Below are positions 12,267-26,184 of a stretch of DNA of 64,000 nucleotides, piece after piece. The translations under genes and the position numbers were made by a program. The DNA is taken from positions 434,001 through 498,000 of the forward strand of contig JBDOQK010000006.1 in assembly GCA_040437565.1 (NCBI GenBank). The letters run 5' to 3'. The stretch comes from Albugo candida. Its lineage: Eukaryota. The notes beneath the pieces were generated by a model, which saw only the letters and a program-made list of their open reading frames with translations, searched no databases and was not told where the DNA came from. Numbering within the stretch: the first letter of the stretch is position 1; each line of letters opens with the position of its first letter.

Positions 12267-15200
12267 TCAATACGGTTGTAACATGTCTAACTGAAAAGAG
12301 CATTGATGCGAGCATCCGGTGGGACAAACATCCTCTACTAAAAACCAGTCTCTCAAATGCTGAAAATGACCGCCATGCGAGCATACTGGACACCAGACAT
12401 ATAGTCCACGCACTGGAAGTTGACTAAATCGGTACTTAGTCTCGTGTTAGCGGGAAAATGATACAACGTACCAAATCGAGCATCGTGCTGGCATACTGCT
12501 ACAATGCGGACACAGAGACGGTTGTGATAATGAATTGGATGTGAAATTGGCCGATTCAATTGGTTTTTGGCAATTCGCGCAATTAGAATATACAAATGTG
12601 GATTTCTACAACGTATAGTCAGAAACTCAATTTCTTAGAGCTTAATCGTACCATATTCATTTGTCGAATGGCAGCGTCATTACATCGCGAAATGATCTCA
12701 TTGGCGACTCTGTACATCCGAAATTGATGCAGCATCTCAATGTAATGCATAAGCATTTGCTGCATCCATGAGCTTCCCATAAGCTTTTCCATATTGAATC
12801 GCTGACGCATTATAATTGCTATGCAAACGCATGTTTGAAGATCGCCTCTATCGGTGTAATACTCTAGCAAATCTTTGAGTATCACATTGCGGAGCCGTCG
12901 TAAATCGCCGTGAATGGCGTTTCCATGCACCAAAAGCGACGACGATGTGTTTTTATAATTCGGAACTGATTGGTAGACATCTTCAGTGCTTGGATTTGAG
13001 TTTCGACTGCTGTCTCGCTCATGGACGGGATCAAAAGGGTACGGCTCGAAGCCTTGCATCGCCTGCGGGTTCACATGATCCAATTGGTCTAGAAGGGATG
13101 ACGCCGGATTTCTGTGGTGCACACTAATTCTATCTGCACTATGTGCGCCTTTTGCTTTGGCGTCTCGCGTTTCCATGTCACTTTCGAGCATAAATTTCGA
13201 TTCGGACATTGCATCATCCTGACTTTGTATCGGTGTGTTTTTCATCGAAGGAGAGGCACTGAGTGGGATTGAATGATGTGTATCCAGGGTTTCTACCATC
13301 TCCAACGTGCTGTCATATAATTGCTGGGTTCTTGCTCGATTTTCATTTTCCGGAGGCAATTCAAGGCCTGCGGAATCGTTTGCGTGAGAGTCATTATTTT
13401 CACCAAAAATAAGGTCCAGAATACGCCACATATTACATAAACTCGCATTACCCGCAACCAATGCCACCTACAAAGAGGCTTTAGCAACGACATTAGAGTA
13501 ACATGCATTGCTACCAGAGCATTTCGTGCGCAAATCTGACTGAATGTCCACGTTTCACTGGCCAGCACATAATGTTTTGCAAAAAATCGAAATACGACTT
13601 CATCGAATCCGAAAGCATCCACAAGATGGAGACAATCATTGAATTCTAATTGAAGCTTCTGTATACGTTCTTCCTTTTCTCTGTACAATCTGACATTTCC
13701 GTCTAAAATCCCCTCCAACTCCTTAACAGAAAAGAGATTTTCCATCTCAATTAAATGGAGTGTCGTATCAGGTGCAAGATCGCCACTTTTTTTGATATCC
13801 GCGATGGACGAATCCCCGAAATTCATAGTCGGTGTACGGGACTCTGATACTGGAAAACTCTTTGTGTTGGCCCATGATTCAGTCAGAGACGAGAGATGTG
13901 TGTGGGAGGTCGCGCGACTGAGTTTTGTTTGTTGTGTCGATACATTATTCAAATTTCCCATTTGACGATTGCAGGGCTGAGAATATTTAAAGTGTCGGGT
14001 TGACGGATGCATAGTTTGGCTTATTCGGTCGTCTTGAGTGCTAGTGGACCCATCCGAGCCTGAATACGACAACGCTTTTGCAGGTTGGGTCGTACTCTTT
14101 TTTGTAGTAATGCTTTGTTGCAAAGTCGTCGCAATCTCTGGGCCTGTCACTGTGAATAACGAGCTGTTGGGATGAATATGCGTTTGAATTTTCAATACAT
14201 TGCAAGATCGGTCTGAATAAAGTCAATTTCTGAGAGGTAGTTTCAAGGTGGATGGGAGTCGTACCGATAAATGCGTGTGAGTACGCGATGTGACCTCGCG
14301 AACTGAGTGACAATGCTATCGTTGGGATACTTTGATGTGGCTTGAAGCTGTCAGAGAGAGAATGAAGCTTGAGCGTGCCATCTTTCGAGCATGCGAGCAT
14401 GTGCTGCCAATAATTCAAGCCGCCTGAATCTGAGCATCCATCGCTTAGACCTAAAGCGTCGATATGTAAATATTGTTACCTTCCGTACTAGCCTGCGATG
14501 AATCCATAGAAGATGTCGGTGTGTCGAGCCATAGGATCCCAGACGCGATGTCACTATGACCATTCATGGATGCCAATGGAATACAAGGGCGCTGTGTATC
14601 CCAAAGATGTATATTATTGTCCATCAACGATGCACTAGTTGCAATTTGATCACTACAATTTGGACGCCATGCCACACGGCCGACACTTGCAATAGTTTGT
14701 ATTGTTTGGTGTGGCTGTTGCTGCTTCATGTCCATGTCAGAAAGATCCCATATTTTCACATACCGATCCCGACCACCAGAAGCTACGATATTTGACCGAT
14801 TTGGATGCCAATCAACGGAAAGTACCAAACCTTTATGTGCTGTAAATTTGAGCTCCGGATGAGCATTTTTTCGAATATCCCAAATCTAGCACACATTTTC
14901 ATCATCGCACATATGAGTCCCAAGCATCATCTACCTGGATAATTCCATTCTCGAAAGCGGCTGCAAATCGATTTGGCTGGAAATGGCTGAAGCGGACATC
15001 TCGTACACTTTCGGAGCGTGGCTGATACACATTTCCAGCTTTTCCACGCTTATCCTACTCAAAATTTGTCACTATTTTCCTCACTTGCAAAGATGATCTC
15101 ATACCCACAGTTTAATAGTTCCATCCTGTGACCCACTCACCAGCAGGTTCCAGTCTGTTGGATGCCAGCATATTCGATTCACGGCCCGACGATGGCCGTT

Positions 15201-15683
15201 GAGAACTCGCTCTGACACCGAGTCAATACAGTGTCTATTTCTATCGCAAAATGTACCTTGAACGTGTTTGTATCCATCTTTTTGGAGGTTCCATATCACA
15301 ACAACACCGTTTGTAGCAGCAGTCGCTAATAAATGATTGCTTTCTACGCAACGTTTAGACTTGTGATCTAATTGTATGCATTCGAATTACGTGGATGCCA
15401 TCGGATGTCATTTGTGCTAAAGTTTAGACTCGATTTCCCAGCACGCAAATTCCGTTTCTCACTAAAGCCCATGGCTTCCAGCGCCATAATTCGCAATACT
15501 ACCATATAAGCGCATAAGGAATAAAATGTGAAGCGATTTGATATTTGTACCATCTCTTCCTCCGACAGCAACTAATTTATTATTTGGAGAAATTGCTAAT
15601 GCATTGAGTGGACCGTTAAAGTCGACAGACGAACGCACACTCGACGCGCTTTTGCGCACGGAATCTCGCTGACTCGATTCCAT
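12267..15683 (-). CDS. WDR24: GATOR2 subunit WDR24/Sea2, multi-exon
   Basis: N-terminal WD40 repeats (VAVGGRD, GHRRAVNRICWHP...SGSQDGTIKLW, IQTIASVGRVAWRP), GDLQTCV, and a C-terminal RING exon QLPVRGLYVWCPVCSHGGHFQHLRDWF...CPTGCSHQC. Confidence 0.9.
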
Positions 15684-15798
15684 TGCACTCACTTTTCGAT
15701 CAATTACATTAAAAAACTGGTATTTAAGATTTACACAATCAAAAAGTATGATGCTACTTTGGCTGATATGGGAGCAAAGAAGAGTAAGTGCTGTTCCT

Positions 15799-17034
15799 TC
15801 AACCCATTCCTGTGCCTATTTCTTGTTGTAATTGAGTTTCCAATTTACGATACGAAGATTCAGCGCGATTCCAATCCTTTGAGATCTGCAGACTCCATCG
15901 TTCAATGATCTCCAGTCGATCGAGAACAAAGCGCTGCATTAATATCAAAACTTTTTCGGCCATTCTAAGTTTTCCCAATTCTTCCAGTTTTGCTCCTGAG
16001 GCTATATCGCTGTTTGGTCGAGTCGCACGACGGGCAAAGTCGCTGATTGCTTGTGGAAACTTTGGAGCTCGGACGTGCATCAATTCGGGAGCGTATTTGG
16101 TATATCGACGACATGAATCTGGTTGAATCACCAAAGATGCAGCTTCGATAGCACGTCCAGCTTCAATTGCGAGAGGATAGCAATTGGAAACGAATTCTTT
16201 TAGTGTGCTCGTGTACTCTGGCGAAGTGAGATCAGAGAGTGCCGCACATAATTTTTGCAGTGCTTCTCGATATAACGCTCCACATTTTTCAACCTGATTT
16301 CGTATGCACTCACAGGCTCTCATCTCTGACACGTGCATTGAAATTTGTGCTTGGATTTCTTGAGCGTCGGAGCTGGGAACAGTATGCAAGAAGGAGCACA
16401 GTAAGCTCTGTTTTTCTCGCTTAAGATTTTCTAGCCGCATGGAAGGATCCATCTGATCAGCTCCAATTTGTTCCCTTCGATCCATGGAATCCATCGACGG
16501 CAAACATAAATCCCTTAGCGCTACGGACTGCCGTTCCAAACGATGCAATTCCGCGTCGACAGACAGCGAAGCACCCAATTTCGAATTTAATTCCTTTTTG
16601 AGTTTTCTCACTCGTTTCTCATGATTTCCCCAAAAGAAGCGTCGATAATTTTGCTTATTATCCTGACGCACAATCTTCTCAAGAAGTGCTTTCTGCGACT
16701 GTAGCATCAATTTGGAATCCTTTTTGGTCTTTTGTAATTCTGACTCGAGTTTCTCAAGTTCCTGCTTATCCAAACCCGTACATTGTGACTGTCGATGTAA
16801 GCGCTCAATCTCCTGATTCATTTCTTCATATCGCTGTAAGAATTGACTTCCCACATGAGAATTTACAACATGTTCTCCAAGCGATGTCGTACTTGCTCTT
16901 CCCATTTGTCCAAGCGATTTAGAACGTTTGTTTTCACACACACGTAGAGAGTATACATCTTGCAAGCTTGGTGTCGCGGTAGTAGTCGATGGGTACCGGG
17001 TCACCGAGCGTGAATTTCTCAAATGTAGTGGCAT
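15799..17034 (-). CDS. Hypothetical coiled-coil protein
   Basis: Uninterrupted 411-aa ORF rich in heptad-like helices; no family recognised. Confidence 0.7.
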   Translation of the reverse strand: MPLHLRNSRSVTRYPSTTTATPSLQDVYSLRVCENKRSKSLGQMGRASTTSLGEHVVNSHVGSQFLQRYEEMNQEIERLHRQSQCTGLDKQELEKLESELQKTKKDSKLMLQSQKALLEKIVRQDNKQNYRRFFWGNHEKRVRKLKKELNSKLGASLSVDAELHRLERQSVALRDLCLPSMDSMDRREQIGADQMDPSMRLENLKREKQSLLCSFLHTVPSSDAQEIQAQISMHVSEMRACECIRNQVEKCGALYREALQKLCAALSDLTSPEYTSTLKEFVSNCYPLAIEAGRAIEAASLVIQPDSCRRYTKYAPELMHVRAPKFPQAISDFARRATRPNSDIASGAKLEELGKLRMAEKVLILMQRFVLDRLEIIERWSLQISKDWNRAESSYRKLETQLQQEIGTGMG

Positions 17035-17570
17035 TATAGATATATCGACTATTAGCGGTCAGTTATGATCAATTATGTTCTCTATACATACACGTAACTA
17101 ACGCGAGGTGATTCACCCTTTTGAAGAGTGTCGTCGCATGGGTAGAGCACACAATCTGACGCAAGAAGTGGGACATGTGTACAGCCGACGGGGATAGGTC
17201 TGAAAAATTCTAGGAGGCTTCTGTGGTGCTTGTACCAAAGCATATATCTTTGTCAGTCACTTTGATGCGTGTTTTCTCCCGAAAGGATGTGCATGTAACT
17301 GTAAGTTGTCAGAAGAAGCCAGTATGAAACTTTAGACCTCATTCGTATCCTCAATAATTCACGTTAATTGAGATCATTACGCATCCAGTCATTCGGAATG
17401 CTTTCTGAGAAATGGTGTTTGACTGTCTGAGTCAAATAAGCAAAAGTGCAACAGAGATGAAGATACATGAATGGTATATTACTTGGTCGAATCTATATTG
17501 TGTATACTACATTAGAGGGAGAGAAATGCGAGGGTAACGTTTCTCATGATCGGATCGGAAAGACCTTTCT

Positions 17571-18179
17571 TCACTCAGAGCTATCTGCGTCATGGAGTGT
17601 AGCCGCTGTGACAGATTTAATCGTTTTAACAAAACGGCCTTTAACCCGCGGACGTGCGTTCGCTAGCGCTTTCCGAACTCCATAACGCACAGTTTTCTGT
17701 AATAAACGCTGATAATACGATAATTAGTAATGTTATATGATACTACCATTGTGTACCTTTTCTCGTTTACGCATATACTTTGAGAGTAGTTTCTGCCGAG
17801 CTCGTGGTGAATATATTCCAATATAGTTTACTTTTTTATACTGGAGAGTATCCTGAGACCAATCACTTTGCAGGGATTCGTTTTTTTCTACTAACGAGTG
17901 GTCATACCGAATAGACGGCAATGGACGCGCCAAGAAACAATCTTCAAAGCGTTGATATCGTGGCTTTCTCTCGTGGTAAAAGCTCTGTGGAGCTTTAGCT
18001 TTAGCTTGCTGCCATTCCAACACGACGCTAAGAAACAACCGCTGCGAGCTCACATGCTATCAATGCGTGTTTAGTGTCAGCACCACGATTTTACATACAA
18101 GAAATCGTACCTGTAATGCATCTCTTGCGTCAGCGGCATTTTGTGATCGCAAATTCCATAATCGTAGACATTCTATCAT
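17571..18179 (-). CDS. Small CCT-domain protein (2 introns)
   Basis: Spliced: ...YIGIYSPRARQKLLSKYMRKREK/...KTVRYGVRKALANARPRVKGRFVK, the CCT (CONSTANS/TOC1) motif. The 5' exon 18179-18111 is inferred from splice signals. Confidence 0.8.
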
Positions 18180-18539
18180 CCGATCGCTATTAATGCTATG
18201 TGCCACGAACCTCAACTGATCATCAAAGCAAATATGTGTCTTGTTCGAATCCGAATACGTCGTCAGTGAAGACGCAAACATTAGCAAAATTTCCCAATCA
18301 GTCGTTAGAGTGCGTGATTCTTAATCACTGACTTGATTGTAAGGAGTGTGTTATGAGCATATTTTGTCAAAGAATTCGTATTCGCATCCGATTAGGGTTG
18401 AGCTGTGGACATTTGGCAAGTAATTCAGTGCTACACGCATTGGCTATTTTCAGAGACAGCAACAATCTGACATCAAATTACTTGCGATTGAGGGAAAGGT
18501 TAAAGCAGCTGTAGGAATCAGTTTCGAGGTATATCTGTT

Positions 18540-21500
18540 TTACGCAAACTTCATATTTCTGGAGAAATAGGATCGTTTTTCCCGTTCTGATTGTTCCTTA
18601 TCCGAATGCAATTCCCCGCACTCTTTTGCCGATTGTGATGCGCTTTGAACCGTTATATTGCTCATTTCCAGACATTCTTCTTGTTTGAATAAATTACGCA
18701 AGCTTCGGGTCGATTCGGCACTCCGAATGACGGAGCCAGATGTTTCGATAGTGGAGGCACGAGGTCGCAGGGACAGAGGCTTTTGTGAAAGTGCCAATTG
18801 AAATGTGTCTGTGGCTCCAATTGACACCTCCTTTAGCATTTTTTTTTTGGTTTGTTTCGACTTTTTCTGACTTGAGAATGAAAATGGGACGACATAATTG
18901 TAATTTGCCACATGTGTCAATGTCTTCAAAGGCGCTAATGCTTCGAAATTCGCCCAACGCGATGTACCAAATTGATCGCGAAGAAAATTGGCAATATTTG
19001 TAAAGTTTCGGCCGACTTGAGACAAAATGTCGAGAATCACATCGCGACGAATACGTAGCAGCAGGTTCATCAATGAGCATGTTTTATCGCAGTACACCAA
19101 TGCATGTATTTTGATCTGAAAGCCTCGCATTTCCTCGAGCGATTGCTGAGAAGAAGCATTGTCCTTGTTCTTGTACGTGACAAAAGCTTCGATGGTACCG
19201 ATGCGAATGTGCTTGAACAAAAACTTTCTCGATTCAGACCGTCCACGAGCTCGAATTTCCGGGTCTTGGAGCTCTTCGTCGTCCTCTCCCGGCGATTCCG
19301 ACTCAATGCGACTGTCGATTAATGACTCTTTTCGAGTCGAACTGCTGGTAATAAACTCTTTCCAATCTTTTGGTCGGATCACTTCTGTCGATGACCGTAT
19401 TTGAATGCCACTAGCCCACGTATACGGTGTAGTACGAGACGCAATTTGAGCCGCTTTGCGAAGTGCTGTGCCAACTCCAAGTCGTTCATTGGTATACGTG
19501 CCTTGATTTTGAGCATCTAAAGTCAGAAATTGAGATCTTATGTGCTGTGCATTTTTCTTGGCGACTTGAGATGTTGTGGTTTCCATAGAGGAAGAAAAAT
19601 AGGTCGATAGCTGAAGGATTAAATCTTGGGTGATGCAAAGCTGGACTGGATGAACGTTGACCTCAAAATGCTGAATAACGCCAAGCTCTCCACACGGACG
19701 AGTGATTTCAGCGTCCATACGCAGGAAGAAATCGTTTTCGCCAATGCAAGTTGTGTTGGAAGTTGGTAGAAGAAGTTCGGGGTAATAGGTTCCAGGACTG
19801 AGATTCCAACACGAAAAATTTTCAATTTTTAATGAGCACGCACCCGACTTGTCTTTTTGCTGTTTGAGCGTGAAAACGACCTCATTCAATCTCAGTTGTA
19901 AGATGTCTGCGTGGATAGCGCCGAGACGTACTATCGAACTATGAAGCGCAAATTCGACTTTTGTACTGGATCGCTTTGCCGACTTGTTGGTAGCCTGGAT
20001 GCCGAGTTTACGCACTGCCTCACATATCACATCATATTCTGTGGTCGCTCGTTTGATTTCCGTCGTAAGAGGATCTCCAGAGTCTGTGTAAATGCCTGAC
20101 GTCGAGGAAGAATGAGAAGATGGTATTCTTGGACGTGGTGCTCCAAAAGCATTCACATAGTAATCTTGATCGCAATCAGCAGCTCGTCTTTCGATGGAGG
20201 CATTCCATTGACACGATTGCCACCATTGCAGGTACGAGATCTCCCACTGTAATTGTTTTTTCAACAAACTCATCTGCTTTAAGGAATTAGGATCCGTGTT
20301 TCCAGCTTTTGCCAGTCGTTTTACTTGCGAGTTCCAAAGACTTTCTGATTGAGCGTCTCGAGAGTCTTTAGCGTCCAAGATCGTCTTGATAGATTCAACA
20401 CTTTGTAGTATGATATCTTTACAGGTGACATGCAAATTCGCCTGTAGATCAGAAATGCTTATCTGTACATCTCTGGCGATGCTCGCCTCACGTGACAGCT
20501 GCACAATCACATTTAGCGGCATTGGTGCGACGACTTGGCGATACAGCCCTGATGTAGTTGGGCAGTATGATCCATCCGCCAAAGCCCGAAGCCAAATGGC
20601 TTTTGACGTGACATCAACATCGAGTGGAGCAGCAAAGGACTCGGATCCGTGTATAGAAATATCGATCATTTCCAGCCTAAAATCTTGCGACACAAACTTT
20701 TTCAAAACGCCATCGTGGAGCGCTAAAAGCGTCGATCCCTACAGAGAAACCTTTGTGATGTCTTTCGCATTGGAAAAAAAGCATCACACACCTTATGAGT
20801 AGCGTCCTGGAAGTTAATTTGGCAATCGACAAACTTGAACAAGAGATAAGCTTCCATCTCGTCAAGTGGAAACGATGATGACTCACGTGTCGAATTCTGA
20901 GATTCCGATTCGGAATGGCATGTTGGCTGAAAGATTTGACCGCTTTCAAATCTCTCTCCATTCAGAATCGCGAAAAATTTCGGATCTTCAGCCAGTGATG
21001 TAGGTTTCTTTGGTGTCACAACAGTGTCCGAGGGATGCTCGACTGAATCCCGGCATATTGTGCTATTTCCAGCGACGTTTTCCTGTCGAGAGAGAACTCG
21101 AAGTAAATGTAATCCGCTATGGACAATATCAATCAATGTTTTGATTCCTTCAAGCGTCAGCAAAATTCGCATTTCTTTCGTTCCAAAACCCATCCGAAAG
21201 CCTGAATGACGAAATTCTTGGAGAAAAACGCATTGAGAATCGTATTCGTGTTGATTCTTCTCACTCAAAACTTCCTCTTCGGTATCTCTGAATCGAAAGG
21301 GATTGTGTTGTGTTATTGCAAAGTGATCCAAGATGCTTTTCCTCGAACTGGATCGATCTTCTTTAGCGGTAAAGTCTTGATGGCGAGACTTTGATTCCGA
21401 AGGCTTCAAGCTCGAAACGACCTTCAAATCATCCATTTTTGACCTCTTCCCTCCAACATGCACACACGCGTAATGCACGGAAAAGCAGGGCTCTCCTCGG

Positions 21501-24500
21501 CTTCCAGAATGAGCAGTGCAGATACGACATTCGACCTTTTTTGTCACAATTGCTAAATCTTGTATTTCCCAAACAGCTCGGTCGTCGGAGATACCTGCGA
21601 CTACTTTGGTTGTGACTTCGATGCTGTCATTGACGAAAGCCCGGATTCCGATCAAATGGTTCTGGTTCGCGTAGATTGCAGCGTCAATATTTGATATTTT
21701 GAATGCATCAATGTGGAAGCTTTTCCATATCTGCTGCACTTGAAATCTGGCTGGAAAGGAGGTTTTCTCGGCATTTTGGTTCTTTTCAAATTGTCGAAAA
21801 GCTGGTTTTGGTGTCGATTGTTGTGATAGAAGCATTTTGTAGGCTTTTACGAACGCAATCAGCCACTCGAGTTGGTTCAAGTAGAGCACAATCGTGCTTC
21901 TAGACGCCATTTCCTGCTTACTTGCAGTGCGATTGCAGCTGAATGAGTACAAGGTGCTGGAGGCGATCTCTCCTTTGAAATGCACATCAAGCTCGGAAAA
22001 GGCTTCCTCTCGGTATATCTGCGTGTACGCTGAAGCCTTTTTGGTGAATGCACTCTTCTTGCTGCTGTTCCACAGCAATGCGACCTCACATGTGATGCTG
22101 CTGATCTCAACCATGTTGGAGAGTGCTTCCGGTTCCGTTCTCAGATGTAAGCGGTTGACACTCATACTGACAGTGTGGAGAGCCCAACCGAGAGACCAAT
22201 TTTGCGCTGAAATGGACAGAGAATCGAACGAGTTTTCAGGATTGAATAAATGCAAAGTAGTACTTTCGACCAAAATGTGCAAATTTCCATCAAAATGATT
22301 CCAAAGGATATCCCAAATGAATGGTTTTGGCGTATTTGATGGCTTTGTAACACAACTTCTCGCTATGAGCTTCCAAAGCTCCACTATCGAAGGCAATTGT
22401 TTTGGACTGAACGCGATAACGGGAGTCAAAATGTTCGCTTCTATGAATACAAAGTATTTCCAATCGCTCTCAATGCTTAGTTGCGATTCTTTTTTCACAT
22501 TTGCATCAAAGCGAAATTGATCGATTGCAAGAAGAGGAACGCTAAAGTTTCGTATATAGAAGGAGACGTTATTTGCTTCGATGAGAGCGCTACTATGAGA
22601 TGGAAGACGAGCTCGAGATGGAGTGATCTGATGATCGAGATCGAGGCTCACTTGCTTGACACTCAGAGAGAAAATAAAGCCATTGGACGGGATCACGCTT
22701 TGAATGTCAATTCTTTCCCGCATGTCCTCGGTATAGTATTGTCGCTTCTTGTCGTGTTTGTAAGTGTTTGTGACTGCTTTCACCCTTTTGATCCAGGCTT
22801 TGGAAGCAAACACATCATTCCTGACGTCCGCTGAAGGATCCGAAGGCTTTGATGGATCTTCAAATATAAGCATTTGTGACTTCATCATTTCCCTCTCTTC
22901 CAGAGCCTCGACCCAAATTGGGTGAATACGCTGAAGCCAAGATGCAAGAGGATCATCCAAGCATTCGACATTACAATCTGTCACTCGAATCCAAAGATTC
23001 TGACGTCGCGTTCGAGTCGTAAATTCCTGAAAATATTGTGAAAAAGTGGGATGTTGGGGTCTCCAGTACTTTTGTGCCATACGAATCGCCTCTTCTTTGT
23101 GAGGTTCCACCGCTTTGGAGAGAGATTCAATGATACACGTGGTGTCCCATTCAACGGCGAGACGAAGACATACTCCATCAAATGTCAGTAGAATTCCATC
23201 CAGGTTTGACAAATCGTCAGCAGAAGCTCTTCCCGTGCTCACTTTTCGAGCTTGCAGCAATTGCTCAAAGTAGCCGTAAACGTAGTCCAGAGATTTATTC
23301 AGCGTGTGCTTGACGATCAAGCTGTTTATGGACAGCACTTGCTGGGTGCCCGTAGAAACGCAAACGGATTGAAATTCCCACCAATCTGGCATATCGTACC
23401 CAGCAAACACACCGATACAAAGCTTGCTTTCAATTCCTTCTACCAGTGACACTTTAATTGATATATTGGTAGCATACAGTCGATGAAGCTTCATACCCGA
23501 CGCACTGATGAGATGTGTAAACAACAGCTCATTTCGCTTGCATTCTTCGACGTCATCCATGGGGATATGGAGGCCTACCCGGCGATTAATTCGACTCTTC
23601 TCGTCGGTACAAAATGTCGCGTGGGCTTTTCGAACTCGGTAAAGCATTTCCCAGGCGGATAACGTGATGCTCCTAACGAGTTCCATGACTCGAAGTTGAC
23701 TTTCAAGGTCCCAAGCAAGCCAGACAGAGTCAATGTATAGATCGAGAACGCTTTGGTCACAAGTAGTGATACGCATTTCTTCCAGAGAAAAGGTGTGAGC
23801 GTAGAGATACACGGATGCTTGCGTCTCGCGAGAATGCATATCGAATGATGAAAAGCACGTAGAAGAAGAGCTACGGTATCCGCCAGCTCTCAATGAGACC
23901 TGAGAGCGCCACGCATGCGGTCGAAAACGGCGGTCCGAATAAGGCTCTTTTCTATCCTTATCCAACGTCAAATCGACTTTCGATCGTGGTGCTGAGCATC
24001 CCTTTTTTGGAAAGTTGGTCGATGCCTCAATCTCCGAAATTGACATCAGCAAGCGATGTGTGTGCTTACAGCTCGCCATCACAAGCGATTCAGCTGATAC
24101 ATAATCGACGCAGCTGTGGTCTTGCCACATGGACGGGAAAATGGCGATAATGTTTGTGATTGTCAGACGGAATACCAGTCTTTCCGTCGTGTTTGAGAAG
24201 ATCTCATCGGCCGCATTCTTCATTTTTGGGACCAAAGGCCCAGGATGAAGACCGTACATTTCATGAGCTTCACTCTCGTATTTGTCTTGAATAAAGGAAG
24301 ATATGACGCATAGTAGCACTTCAGCCATTCCACCGACCGCATGAAGCGTCTGAGAAGACCACTTGACTTCAAGCCATTCAGCCTTCACGTCCATTTCTGC
24401 ATATTGCTCTCGAGCAATCAATCGCGTTGTAGGAGAAAGAAAGACTCTCATAAAGTCGAGTGACAAGAAGGCCATTTTGTGGATTTGAGGCTCTTTGAGA

Positions 24501-25940
24501 TAAAAAAGTTGCAAGCGAGAGCATTGAATTTCGGCTTTGGATCGCACGCCGAGATTTTCTTCCGAGAGGAATGGATGAGCGTAAAGTGTGATTTCTTCGA
24601 TGAGAATTAACGTGTTTGGAACGGCTTTTAGGAATACGTCACAGAATTCCTCGACAGCTTTCAGTTGCATTTCAGTCCGAATCACTTTGACTTGGATGTG
24701 GATCTCCATCCTCGCGTGCGATCGACAGGCCGAGTCGTGTCTCAGGCCATCGGCTGGGCTTCTGGATTTCGTGATAGCTTGATACGAAGCTTCTACAGCC
24801 GCAGTAACCCAACGTCGAAGATCTTTACTGATAGTGAATGTGATTCCGCGACTTTCAACCATTACTTTCAACTTTGATGCTTCTATGTCCTCTGTTGGTG
24901 CTATTTCCGATGAGATTGTGGAAGTCTCCCAATTGAATTCTCCTTTGATATAATCCCATCGAAGAAAGTCGAGGATACTCGTCTTTGTGCATCGATCTCT
25001 TATTTCTATTGAGACTGGCCCAGAATCGATACTCATAAGACGTTCGGTACATTGGCTTTCCCAAGAACGTTTTTGAATCTGTTCTTGGATCTGTATGGCG
25101 ACTTTGCCCACAGATGTGACCATGGAAGCTTCAAAATGCGATATAATGTTGATGGAGCATTGTTGGACCTCCACGGAAACGTATTCTGGAAGCTGATGCA
25201 GAATTGCGTTCAAGCCAGAAAGGGCATCCGTCTTATTCACAGAACAATTCCCGGGGTCCTTGAAGATCAGCTCACGCAAAAAGCTGAGGTAGTCGATGGT
25301 CACATGCACACCCGAACAAACGACCATGATGGAAGAAGGTACCGGGATTGTGTAGCCTGTACTGCTTTTATTGGAAAATATCGCGTGTAAGAGAGTCTTA
25401 TGGACGACACATGTGCCCATAAACCCCTTCATACTCATTTTCGATGGCTCATTATAAAACGCATCCAATACAATTTGTACTTGATCTTTGATCGCATCAA
25501 ATTGCGCTTTTAAGGTGAATTCTATTTTCTGTAAGGAAATCAATCTCAGACATCAAATACGGACATAAAAGGAATACCTCTGCACAAAGTATGTCTTCTT
25601 TTGCGTCGTCATACACATTCACTGCACATTGGGATATTTTGATTTGTATCAAATGCACAAAATAGAGAAAGACTCGTTTTTTTAGCCAGAAATACGGCTT
25701 TGCTGCCATTTGCATACATATAGAGCTTTTTTGTGCGAATTGAATTTCGTCGTCTCTGACAGTCAAATCGATGCGAATGTCGTCAAAACACACAGTTATT
25801 AAGCTCTGATGCATTGGCGAGCATACAAATCGCCATACATTTTTCCAAAAGATAAATCTGATGGACGTAATGCGTAGAGACAATGCGACATACTGATGTA
25901 CTCTTATGTTCGACAGGAACCCGTCTAAGCAGAGATGCAT
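18540..25940 (-). CDS. BLTP2: Bridge-like lipid transfer protein BLTP2/Hobbit/FMP27/SABRE family
   Basis: Joined ORFs of 175, 1606 and 721 aa. Motifs CLDDPLASWL, HFEVNVHPVQLCIT...YF, FKHIRIGTIEAFVTYK and LVYCDKTCSLMNLLLRIRRD are typical of the C-terminal Apt1 region. Start codon approximate. Confidence 0.75.
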
Positions 25941-26184
25941 CGCTATCAGGATCAGGTGGGAAGGGAGGAAACTGTGGGGTACGTTTGCATATTTGAGAAA
26001 CAACGCGCGATACGATAAATCCAAGTATCTATAGAGAATGCCTTTAGTTTACTACATTGGTGATACCGCTTGAGATCAAACCTTGTGGAAAAAACACACA
26101 AGAAGAGCGAGTTTGATGTGAAGCATCCACATGCTGGAGCACGAAAGGTTACGATAATATCGGTACTATACCGACGTTATCGTT

